The notes beneath the pieces were generated by a model. The model did no database searches. It saw only the letters and a list, made by a program, of their open reading frames with translations, and had not been told where the DNA came from. A DNA stretch of 64,000 bases from positions 19,696-83,695 of the forward strand of contig JAAFKI010000010.1 in assembly GCA_021399345.1 (NCBI GenBank), in the 5' to 3' direction. The DNA comes from Candidatus Heimdallarchaeota archaeon (GTDB lineage: Archaea > Asgardarchaeota > Heimdallarchaeia > Heimdallarchaeales > Heimdallarchaeaceae). This document shows, in pieces, positions 56,425-64,000 of this stretch. A program made the translations under genes and the position numbers. The number at the start of each line of letters is the position of its first letter. Positions within the stretch are counted from its first letter, which is position 1.

Positions 56425-57426
56425 TTATTTCTTAAACTTGACTTTACCAAATTTAGCAATCCAGTCATTTTCATCATGCTTTTCCAACAGAAAAATATTG
56501 TCCAGATGTTCTCTGAGGAAATACACTTCCTTACCAAGTTCCTCAGCAAATTTAACTTCTATATACACCCCTCTCCCAACAAAGTGTCCATTATCGAGTT
56601 CTATTGCTGAAAAGATAACTATGTCACTTTTACTCAAAAGATCGAGACATTTCTTCATTATTTCCTTTCCTGAAGAATCTTTCCATTTTTTCTCATATTT
56701 GGCAGGATTAATTATATCTACTTCTGGAAATATTTTTTTTATAAGCTTTAGTTCTCTCTTCTCTTGTCTTTTCCCATAAATATTCATGGAATGAGCATAA
56801 TATATCTGTGGAATGATTCTGTATTGTTTCCGTTTATACAATTCTAGAAGTATACACGCCGTATAAAAAGCATCATAATTCGCTCTATGCTCTTCAAACT
56901 CCCCAATCTTCTCTTCAAGTTCTTTGTTAATAATGATGCCTTCTGTATTTTTACTTAGAAGTTTTCTCCTTGAATGAGCCAATTTGTAATTTCTGTTTTT
57001 ATATTTCTTGCCAGGAGGTCTAAGGTAACCTGATGCAGATAACATTACGCATGGAGCTGTTTTTGTTTTACTGCTTTCTTCGTTAATATTCCATGGATTA
57101 TGCCTAAGAAACTTATCAAAATCAAATGCATTATTATATGCTGCAACAAATTTACCAGAAAGAATCTGGCGTACTTCTTCAATTACTATCGTTAAATCTT
57201 TCTCGGCATTTTGTATTCCATCAACTGATAGAACACCTTTTCTGAATATCCATGAGTTGAGTAAGTTATCATCCCATGTGCTTGTGTCATAATGGATTAT
57301 TGAGTGGTACACTTGTGTTATTTTTTGTTTTAACACATTTGCTCGCATTATGGCAATTTCAACAACAAGATCTTTAGGTAATCCTGCAAGACCCGTGGTC
57401 TCAATGTCCACTACATAGATATCCAT
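56425..57426 (-). CDS. DEDDh 3'-5' exonuclease fused to a nucleoside 2-deoxyribosyltransferase-like (DUF4406-like) domain
   Basis: Exo I VVDIETTGL, Exo II AAYNNAFDFDKF and Exo III HRANYDA in residues 1-200. Residues about 205-333 read IYYAHSMNIYG...DIINP...SDIVIFSAIE...VGRGVYIEVKFAEELGKEVYFL. Confidence 0.65.
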   Translation of the reverse strand: MDIYVVDIETTGLAGLPKDLVVEIAIMRANVLKQKITQVYHSIIHYDTSTWDDNLLNSWIFRKGVLSVDGIQNAEKDLTIVIEEVRQILSGKFVAAYNNAFDFDKFLRHNPWNINEESSKTKTAPCVMLSASGYLRPPGKKYKNRNYKLAHSRRKLLSKNTEGIIINKELEEKIGEFEEHRANYDAFYTACILLELYKRKQYRIIPQIYYAHSMNIYGKRQEKRELKLIKKIFPEVDIINPAKYEKKWKDSSGKEIMKKCLDLLSKSDIVIFSAIELDNGHFVGRGVYIEVKFAEELGKEVYFLREHLDNIFLLEKHDENDWIAKFGKVKFKK

Positions 57427-57496
57427 TATGATAAGAAAATCTTCTGCTTCTTTAAGGTTTTACCCCTCCTCAAGGAAAGTGAAAAAAATAAGAATA

Positions 57497-58042
57497 TTAA
57501 TGAGAACCTCTATAATCAGAATATATCTTCATACCTGCCTGGATTGGAATCTTGAGGATATTTTCGTCTGGTGTAAAAGAGCAGTTCCAATTGTCATTAT
57601 AAGCACATAAGGGATTATAAGCTGTATTGAAATCAACTAGATATTTGTCTTTTGAAATCTTCTCTATTTCTAAGTATCTTCCTATTTTATAAGACTAGTT
57701 ACCTGTAGTTTTGTCTTTGAATGGAAGGAAAAGATAATCATCTTCAATTGGTTTGAAAATAGTAAGCGTATTTACTTGACCATCAATCTCAAATTCAATA
57801 AAACCAAAACGAATGTATGTTCTTTTATCACCTGTAGTAGTAGGGATTGTAATATCACTCTGATGCTCAAATTTTTTCATCTCAACTATGAGTTCATATT
57901 TTTCATCAATTGGAAAATAGGATAATCCTTTGAAATCTAGTTTCTGTTCATGAGAAAGAGGGGAATTTGGAGATTTTTTGAATAGAATATCATTTCGTTC
58001 TCTAATTCGCTCTATTTTCTCTTTATGTGTTTTTTTTACCAT
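57497..58042 (-). pseudogene. DUF1684-family protein interrupted by one in-frame TAG (57695-57697)
   Basis: The track ORF ends ...PFKDKTTGN*. The same frame continues SYKIGRYLEIEKISKDKYLVDFNTAYNPLCAYNDNWNCSFTPDENILKIPIQAGMKIYSDYRGSH. That carries the GRYL and DFNxAYNPxCAY hallmarks of the DUF1684 C-terminal half. Confidence 0.7.
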
Positions 58043-58111
58043 AAGACTAGAAGGGTTTGCTCCCTATTTAAGAATTAGATTTCACAAAAAAATGGAATAG
58101 GAGTTGATGAA

Positions 58112-58738
58112 CTACCCCATATCAGGATTAATGAACATGAAAAAAGCGTAGATTGTCAAATAGCCATAATAAACTAACAGGAATAAACGTTGCCAAAGCC
58201 CTGATTTACTAATTTTTGGGTTTTTAGAAAGCATGAAAAGAGCAAAGAAGATGACACCAAGAATTTGTGCTATCACAGAAACTGCTAGAAATATATTATC
58301 GGATATACTTCCCAAAATACTTGGAACAACTAATAGAGTTAGAAATCCAATACCTGCGAAAATCCCATGAATTTTTCCCGAAATGCTTTCTTTTTCACCT
58401 TTTGAATCTTCTGGGAATATTCCTGCAACAATACCAGCTCCAAAACCAAAAACAGAAATTAGTATCGCTGTGGCTAGTATAATTCCCTCGTACAAGGGAT
58501 TGTAATAATAGAAACCAAATCCAATTCCAAATGTGATTATACAGATTCCCCATACTATCCACCACATTCGAAAAATTGTTTTGAATTTACTCTTCCTGTT
58601 TCCTAGTTCACTCATTGTGTCTTCAATGAAACTATAGTCTTCTTTCAAATATCCAAAAATGAAAGTTATGATAAAATCACCAAGAAATGCTAAAAAACCT
58701 ATAATTGCTGAACTCAGAATGAAGCTTTCAACACTCAT
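58112..58738 (-). CDS. polytopic membrane protein (DUF998-like, tentative)
   Basis: 208 aa with about 6 TM helices. The family assignment rests only on memory of size and topology. Confidence 0.45.
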   Translation of the reverse strand: MSVESFILSSAIIGFLAFLGDFIITFIFGYLKEDYSFIEDTMSELGNRKSKFKTIFRMWWIVWGICIITFGIGFGFYYYNPLYEGIILATAILISVFGFGAGIVAGIFPEDSKGEKESISGKIHGIFAGIGFLTLLVVPSILGSISDNIFLAVSVIAQILGVIFFALFMLSKNPKISKSGLWQRLFLLVYYGYLTIYAFFMFINPDMG

Positions 58739-58808
58739 ATAGTTAACATAATTTTAGCCATATATTAATCATAGTACAGACTCTAAGTTAGTGAAGAATT
58801 AATACTTC

Positions 58809-59102
58809 TTACTCAGGTTTATGTTTCTCATTTATTAGCTCAAATATTTCGTTAGCAATTTCTTGAGATCCTCCTGAATCATCCCAAACACTAGTTGGGG
58901 CAAAGATGTACCATAGTTTGGAAATTTCCTCTAGTTCTCCATTTTTAGCCTTGTTAGTTATGTCTTGAATGAATAGACCTACATCTTCACATGTATCAAA
59001 ATATGAGAAAGTAGGTTGATCGCTATTGGCTATCATTTCATTTGCAGCTTTATCAAGAAGCGAAAAAAGTTTTTGTGTTTCGTCGTCCATCATTTCTCCC
59101 AT
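58809..59102 (-). CDS. small acidic cytoplasmic protein (hypothetical)
   Basis: 97-aa ORF, acidic, with no TM and no recognised motif. Confidence 0.4.
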   Translation of the reverse strand: MGEMMDDETQKLFSLLDKAANEMIANSDQPTFSYFDTCEDVGLFIQDITNKAKNGELEEISKLWYIFAPTSVWDDSGGSQEIANEIFELINEKHKPE

Positions 59103-59203
59103 CGTTTAGAATATAGTGTACTGAATTTATAAAAATAATTGATTGGTATAATGATTTGAGTAGCTTTAAATATTCCTTTAGACAAGTGTTTGTCTTGATA
59201 AAC

Positions 59204-60106
59204 ATGAGCAGAGGATTGCGATCCCTTATTTGTGGAATATCATTAGTTTTGTTTTTAATTTGTTCTAGTGGTATTCAAACTCAAGCAGTTACTTGGACTA
59301 CTTATGGTTCAATGTACGAATATACTGAAGAGAGCACATTAGTCACCTATCAAGATGGAAAAAAATACGATGAAGGAACTTTCACAGATTCGTTAATGGT
59401 TTGGAACGTAACTGCTGTTGGAGATAAAGTATATTTTCAAACTAATTTCACTCCTTATTTCATGGGATTAGTTCATTTTGAAACACAACAAGAATATGAT
59501 GAATATTTGGAAGAACATTATTGGTGTGATAGTAATGAAGGTAATATGACTGTTGCATATTCAGTAGTTGGAACAGATTTCCGATTTGTTGATATGCTTG
59601 ATTATTCGCTATTACTTAATGCAACTGTAACTGAATTTGATATTAGGTTACTTTACCAAGAAATCTATGGTTTGTTTTTACCTATTAATCACACCTCATT
59701 TGGTTTCAAAACAGAGTTTAATTCAGATTTTATAACTGAGAAACCTATTCAAGATTTGGTCTTTACACAAGAAGATACCTTCGTTTTGGATAGAATGAAA
59801 TATGAAGGATATTACATATCTCTAGAATATTCCTTTTTCGATACTAAACCTGACTTAGATACTCGCTTTGATATCAAATTTATTACAAAGTATTCTCTAA
59901 ATGGGGAGTTATATTCATATGAGATTAGCGAACTAATCTATGATGTGACTCACAAAGAGAGAATTCAATATTATGAAACTTTGTTTACTCTAGATTCCCA
60001 ATATCGCCAAAATGGTGTTCGAAGAATTAGTTTTGCAGGACCTTTAATTATCTTAGGATCACTTATATTAGCTACTTATGCTTTGACTAAACGAAGAAGG
60101 AATTAG
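59204..60106 (+). CDS. secreted protein with C-terminal tripartite sorting-signal-like tail
   Basis: Signal peptide from the ATG at 59204 (MSRGLRSLICGISLVLFLICSSGIQTQA) and several N-x-S/T sequons. The C-terminus is SFAGP-LIILGSLILATYAL-TKRRRN (short motif, TM, basic tail). The track start is TTG at 59156. Confidence 0.6.
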   Translation: MSRGLRSLICGISLVLFLICSSGIQTQAVTWTTYGSMYEYTEESTLVTYQDGKKYDEGTFTDSLMVWNVTAVGDKVYFQTNFTPYFMGLVHFETQQEYDEYLEEHYWCDSNEGNMTVAYSVVGTDFRFVDMLDYSLLLNATVTEFDIRLLYQEIYGLFLPINHTSFGFKTEFNSDFITEKPIQDLVFTQEDTFVLDRMKYEGYYISLEYSFFDTKPDLDTRFDIKFITKYSLNGELYSYEISELIYDVTHKERIQYYETLFTLDSQYRQNGVRRISFAGPLIILGSLILATYALTKRRRN

Positions 60107-60112
60107 TTATCT

Positions 60113-60151
60113 TCTTCTTTTTTATTACTTATTTTGACCTTGCATTAAGGT
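60113..60151 (+). terminator. T-run plus short hairpin terminator candidate
   Basis: A T6 run (60118-60123) is followed by ACCTT-GCATT-AAGGT (60137-60151). Confidence 0.3.
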
Positions 60152-60319
60152 TATCTTTTCGGAAGGGCATCCTTCTTGGATGAGTATGAAAAATGGTATT
60201 CAAATAGCTGTAATTTTACCATTTAAAAAATTGCATCTGGCCCGTTATTCTCCCCTATTCACATTTCTCACTGCTTAATATTGTAATAACGTTAATATAA
60301 TAAATGTAGATTTTATTGT

Positions 60320-60781
60320 ATGCTCATGCCTGGAGAAAACGTACGAACTGGTTGGTTTTTCAGAGATACAGGGCCTCCTAACGATAATTCTTATTATGAA
60401 AATATGACTCGATGTGTATTCCAAGCAGGTTTAAGCTGGCAGCTTATTTCTGATAGGTGGCCTAATTTCAAAGAAGCTTTCAAAGATTTCAACATAGAAG
60501 AAGTGAGTAAATTTGATGAAGACGATATTGGAAGACTATTACAAGATTCAGGAATAATTAGAAATAGAGCTAAGATTGAATCAGCTATTATCAATGCAAT
60601 GGTCTTTTCAGAGATTAAGGAAGAGTATGGATCCTTCAGAGATTTCATGGATAATTTAGATACATCAGAGAATTACAAGCATGTCAAAAAAGAGCTATCA
60701 AAACGTTTTGAACGAATGGGGCCTAAAACATCTATGATATTTTTGTATAGTATTGGTGAAAATATAAAACATGAAGGTTAG
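60320..60781 (+). CDS. tag: DNA-3-methyladenine glycosylase I-like (Tag family), short form
   Basis: VFQAGLSWQLI...FKEAFKDFNIEEV...GIIRNRAKIESAIINA matches the Tag helix-hairpin-helix core. The usual N-terminal zinc-snap Cys/His region is missing. Confidence 0.7.
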   Translation: MLMPGENVRTGWFFRDTGPPNDNSYYENMTRCVFQAGLSWQLISDRWPNFKEAFKDFNIEEVSKFDEDDIGRLLQDSGIIRNRAKIESAIINAMVFSEIKEEYGSFRDFMDNLDTSENYKHVKKELSKRFERMGPKTSMIFLYSIGENIKHEG

Positions 60782-60803
60782 TGATTAGAAATTATTATTT
60801 TCG

Positions 60804-61181
60804 TTAAGCTAAGAATACTAAAAATACAAAATCTATTATTACTAAAACAAATGTTAGAACTGCTGATATAACTAATACAATTAGTAACATTTTGTACTTC
60901 TTTTTACCATAAATTCCGATAGCATTAACAATTGCATATAGTATTAGCCCCATAGCAAATAAGAATAGATAAAGCCCCCAAGTTAATTGTAAGATTAATG
61001 CTATCCCCCCTACTATGGCTAATATAGACATAATAAGTTCAGCAGCAATATGAAACAATCTTTCAAATGGATGTTCTATAAATTGGATCCCTTGTTTTCT
61101 AAGTAGTACTATGATCCAGAGTAAAGCCGTGATAGTACCGGCACTAATTGAAAATATACCTGAGATTATTTCTAAAAACAT
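60804..61181 (-). CDS. small four-TM membrane protein (hypothetical)
   Basis: 125 aa, almost entirely hydrophobic helices. Confidence 0.45.
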   Translation of the reverse strand: MFLEIISGIFSISAGTITALLWIIVLLRKQGIQFIEHPFERLFHIAAELIMSILAIVGGIALILQLTWGLYLFLFAMGLILYAIVNAIGIYGKKKYKMLLIVLVISAVLTFVLVIIDFVFLVFLA

Positions 61182-61302
61182 AATTATCTTTTTTATTACT
61201 ATATTATAATATTTTCTTAAAGTTTGTAGTAGCTAGAGAATCTTCTCTAAATAGGATTTTGATGTTTAATATAAAAGAAAAAGAGGAAAAAGAAAAAATA
61301 GA

Positions 61303-62817
61303 CTAAACTATAAGTGCTATTTTACTCACAATTAATTCTGGCCATAAGCCAAGAACTATTAGAACAACTGCAATTATAGCTAAAGCTAATTTTTCGAATA
61401 TTGGTATTTTTATTTTGCCTGTATCTTCAGCGTCTGGTTCATCGAAGAGCATTTTCTTTAGAATATATAGATATCCTCCTAAAGCAAGTAAGGAGTTAAT
61501 GATAGCCATAATGACCAACAAAATGCTGTTAATGAACATCAGAGGATTAACGGCGTTGGCACCACCATTGAAAGTAGCAAGAATTACCATTAGTTTTGAT
61601 GCAAAACCAGCTGTTATAGGAATACCTCCTAAGGATAACAAACCTATTGTTAGGACTGCACCTATAAAGGGTGATTTTCTTCCTATACCTTTCATATCTC
61701 TGAGATCTCTTGATCCAAGTGTTGTAATTAGAACTCCACTGAGCAAGAACAGACCGCCTTTACCTAGAGCGTGGGTAAGTATGTGGAATACTGATGCTTG
61801 AACTCCTAAATTGCCAGGGGCTAGAGAACCAATTCCGAGTATGATGTAACCAAGGTGTACAGTGGTCGAATATGCTAGGATTCTCTTGAAATCAACAATA
61901 TCTTTACGTTTGAATTGAGCGAACACTAAGTAATTCCCTTCAATCATAGTTAAGATACCTAACCAAGAGATAACAGCTCCGGCACCAGCACTTAATACAT
62001 CAGGAGTATATGCGAAGTATAAGGTTCTATAGATACCTATTGCACCAGCTTTAACAACGATTCCAGAAAGTAGTGCGGAAATAGTTGAAGGAGCTGAGCT
62101 GTGAGCATCTGGTAACCAAGCGTTCAAGAATAGCATAGCAGCTGTTACTGCAAAGCCTGTTATGAACAGAGCGATTATTATTGCGGCTATAGCTGATGTA
62201 CCACTAGCTTGTACTGCTATTGAAACGAGTTCAAAGTTTACTTCACCATAGAAACCGTATGTCAAAGCAGTAGCTAATAAAACTAACATACTTCCAGCAG
62301 TTGACATGATAAAGTATTTCATCGACGCTTCTACTGCACCTCTTTTTGTTCTCTCAAAAGCTACCAGCACATAACCACTTAGTGCAAACAGCTCCCATCC
62401 AACAAATAGTGTGATGAAATTGTTTGCCATAGTTACAGTACTTAAACCAGTGAGCAAAGTGAAGATTAATGCATAGTAGTAACCAAGTCCATTTTTACCT
62501 TTCATGTAGTTAACGCTGAATAGTACTACCATCCAGACAAGGAAGCTGAATATTGTGATTAGCACTGCTTCAAGTTGTCCAAACCTTAGTAAATCTCCTG
62601 TTGTACTAGCAATGTAGTCTCTAAACGCAGGCACATAAGCTGAAATAAATCCTAGAACAAAGACGCTAAATGCAATTATGTTAGCTAAAGCATGATTAAC
62701 ACAATCAGCTTTTATCTTTATTTTGATTAAGAATTTCTTCAGTTGCTCAAATAGTGACAAGAGTATAGCAGCAGCAATTGGTATAATCAAGATTAAGGAT
62801 AGATATGTGTTCAACAT
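61303..62817 (-). CDS. proton-conducting antiporter-like subunit (NuoN/NuoM/MrpD family)
   Basis: 504 aa with about 14 TM helices. WLPDAHSSAPSTISALLSGIVVKAG and the HLGY..LG regions are typical of the PF00361 family. The start overlaps the upstream stop (TAATG). Confidence 0.85.
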   Translation of the reverse strand: MLNTYLSLILIIPIAAAILLSLFEQLKKFLIKIKIKADCVNHALANIIAFSVFVLGFISAYVPAFRDYIASTTGDLLRFGQLEAVLITIFSFLVWMVVLFSVNYMKGKNGLGYYYALIFTLLTGLSTVTMANNFITLFVGWELFALSGYVLVAFERTKRGAVEASMKYFIMSTAGSMLVLLATALTYGFYGEVNFELVSIAVQASGTSAIAAIIIALFITGFAVTAAMLFLNAWLPDAHSSAPSTISALLSGIVVKAGAIGIYRTLYFAYTPDVLSAGAGAVISWLGILTMIEGNYLVFAQFKRKDIVDFKRILAYSTTVHLGYIILGIGSLAPGNLGVQASVFHILTHALGKGGLFLLSGVLITTLGSRDLRDMKGIGRKSPFIGAVLTIGLLSLGGIPITAGFASKLMVILATFNGGANAVNPLMFINSILLVIMAIINSLLALGGYLYILKKMLFDEPDAEDTGKIKIPIFEKLALAIIAVVLIVLGLWPELIVSKIALIV

Positions 62818-64000
62818 TAGACCATCACCACCAACAAAGTAGCAACAACAATAAATATCGCTACCACTGATCCAAAGATCATGTTCCAGTTTATCTTACC
62901 AGTCTTGAAGAATGATAATTTTTGACCAATCCAGAAGACAGGCTTGACAAACACTAAATTGTACAAGTGATCAATATAGAATCCGTTTGCTACAAAAGTT
63001 CTCAGAGCTTTGAAGACATTGATTTTTTCTACAAAACCTACTTCTGTTTGTCCTTTACCATAGAACAGATAAGCTAATCCTAACCCAAGAATGATTGCAC
63101 CTATTGCACATAAGAATGGCACAAGTACTACGTGAATTAGGCTATATCCTGTATCTCCTGAAAAGAAGTTACTAGCTGGACCTTCAATTATGAAACCTGT
63201 AGCTACTACTAGAACTGCTAATATAGCCAGAACAATTCTCATGATATACTTTGGTTTGTGCACACGAGCTCCTCGGTTCTTGCCATGGAATATCATCAAA
63301 AACATTCTTGCAGCATATAAAGTTGTTAAGAATGCTACTAAAATACCTACGATGAAAGTAAACCAATGCATTGAGGCACCATCGATTGCCGCTGCTTCAT
63401 ATGCAGCTGTTATTATCATTTCTTTGGAATAACCACCATTTGTGATAATTGGAATACCAATTAAACCGAGAACACCAACCATCATGAATCCGTAAACCCA
63501 AGGTAGGTCTTTTTTCAAACCACCCATTTTCTTCATATCTCTTTCTTCTGCAATAGAATGAATTATTGCACCTGCTGACAAGAACAGTAGGGCTTTGAAG
63601 ATTGAGTGAGATAATAAGTGCATCTGACCAGGTATTAGTCCAGTTCCATGATCCTCTCTTATTGTAAAGGCTAAGAACATATAGCTGAGCTGTGAGATTG
63701 TGCTGTATGCAAGAACTCTTTTCAGATCTGTCGTAACTAATGCACCAAATGCAGCAGCTACACAAGACACTCCAGCTATTATCATTAGTACAATGTAGAA
63801 GAATTCGTTATCCCAGATGGGTGAGAATCTAGCTACTAAGTAGACACCAGCTTTAACCATTGTTGCAGCATGTATTAATGCTGAAACTGTAGTTGGACCT
63901 TGCATTGCATCTATATCAACAGTATCACCTGCACTCAACCATGATTGTAATGGGAATTGTGCAGATTTTGTTATCGGAGCTAAGAGTAATAGAATACTCA
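62817..64000 (-). CDS. NuoL/MrpA-family antiporter-like subunit, C-terminal part (5' end outside the window)
   Basis: The frame stays open to base 64000 (...[54 protein letters not shown]...). The TTG at 63938 used by the ORF track is therefore internal. Confidence 0.85.
   Translation of the reverse strand, partial: [393 protein letters not shown]

Noticed and set aside
61415-61801. 128-aa plus-strand ORF, plus the alternative-frame minus-strand ORF at 63397-63765
   Set aside because: Both overlap antiporter-like subunit genes whose PF00361-type motifs define the true frame.
1-64000. Genome-wide stop-codon reassignment as the explanation for the two in-frame stops
   Set aside because: TAA, TAG and TGA each terminate several well-supported genes at family-typical lengths (for example TAG at 18134, 18548, 19746 and 28870, and TGA at 27113, 30013 and 32375). 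Gene lengths elsewhere in the window are normal.
1-64000. CRISPR arrays, rRNA genes, transposases, integrases or prophage modules
   Set aside because: Reading through the window, I found no regularly spaced direct repeats, no rRNA-like GC-rich blocks, and no ORF with DDE, tyrosine/serine recombinase or capsid/terminase motifs.

Overview
This is a visibly AT-rich archaeal chromosomal segment with about 65 protein genes, one intron-containing tRNA-Trp, and no rRNA, CRISPR array, transposase or integrase that I could recognise. Archaeal hallmarks are sn-glycerol-1-phosphate dehydrogenase, aIF1A, aIF2-beta, the RIO1/KH(Dim2-like) pair, NMD3, an archaeosortase, and GGTGA-type Shine-Dalgarno motifs. 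Several bacterial- or eukaryote-flavoured genes sit among them: a class-I MetK, MutS/MutL, a long Trm112-like protein, and a protein with ribophorin-I-like topology. That mix would fit an Asgard/Lokiarchaeia-like genome, but the lineage is only an inference. Layout: (1) 0-14 kb is housekeeping (egsA 3' end, FKBP, HD and metallophosphoesterases, a split DUF1616-like membrane module, metK, sugar nucleotidyltransferase, Trm112-like, mutS-mutL, deoC). (2) 14-30 kb is a cell-surface and glycosylation island: a heavily sequon-decorated membrane glycoprotein, an E1-like ThiF, an LbH acyltransferase, an RHH protein, an archaeosortase, three GT4s, a GT2, an ArnD-like deacylase, a GT-C-like membrane protein, a PLP decarboxylase and a BpsA/DUF43-like aminopropyltransferase. 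(3) 30-39 kb is translation and ribosome biogenesis (metG, PHP, KH, rio1, aIF1A, aIF2-beta, DUF424, NMD3, pepF). (4) 39-61 kb is an accessory-looking stretch rich in peptidases, GNATs, a heterodimeric ABC exporter, a giant bactofilin-like protein, an exonuclease fusion protein, and two genes each interrupted by a single in-frame stop codon (one TGA, one TAG). (5) 61-64 kb holds Mrp/Nuo-type antiporter-like subunits that run off the window. The most notable observation is the 17.5-30 kb island. Its enzyme logic parallels the bacterial Arn lipid-linked aminosugar pathway, and it is physically wired to amine-generating enzymes and an archaeosortase. All functional calls come from reading motifs in the supplied translations; no database search was run.
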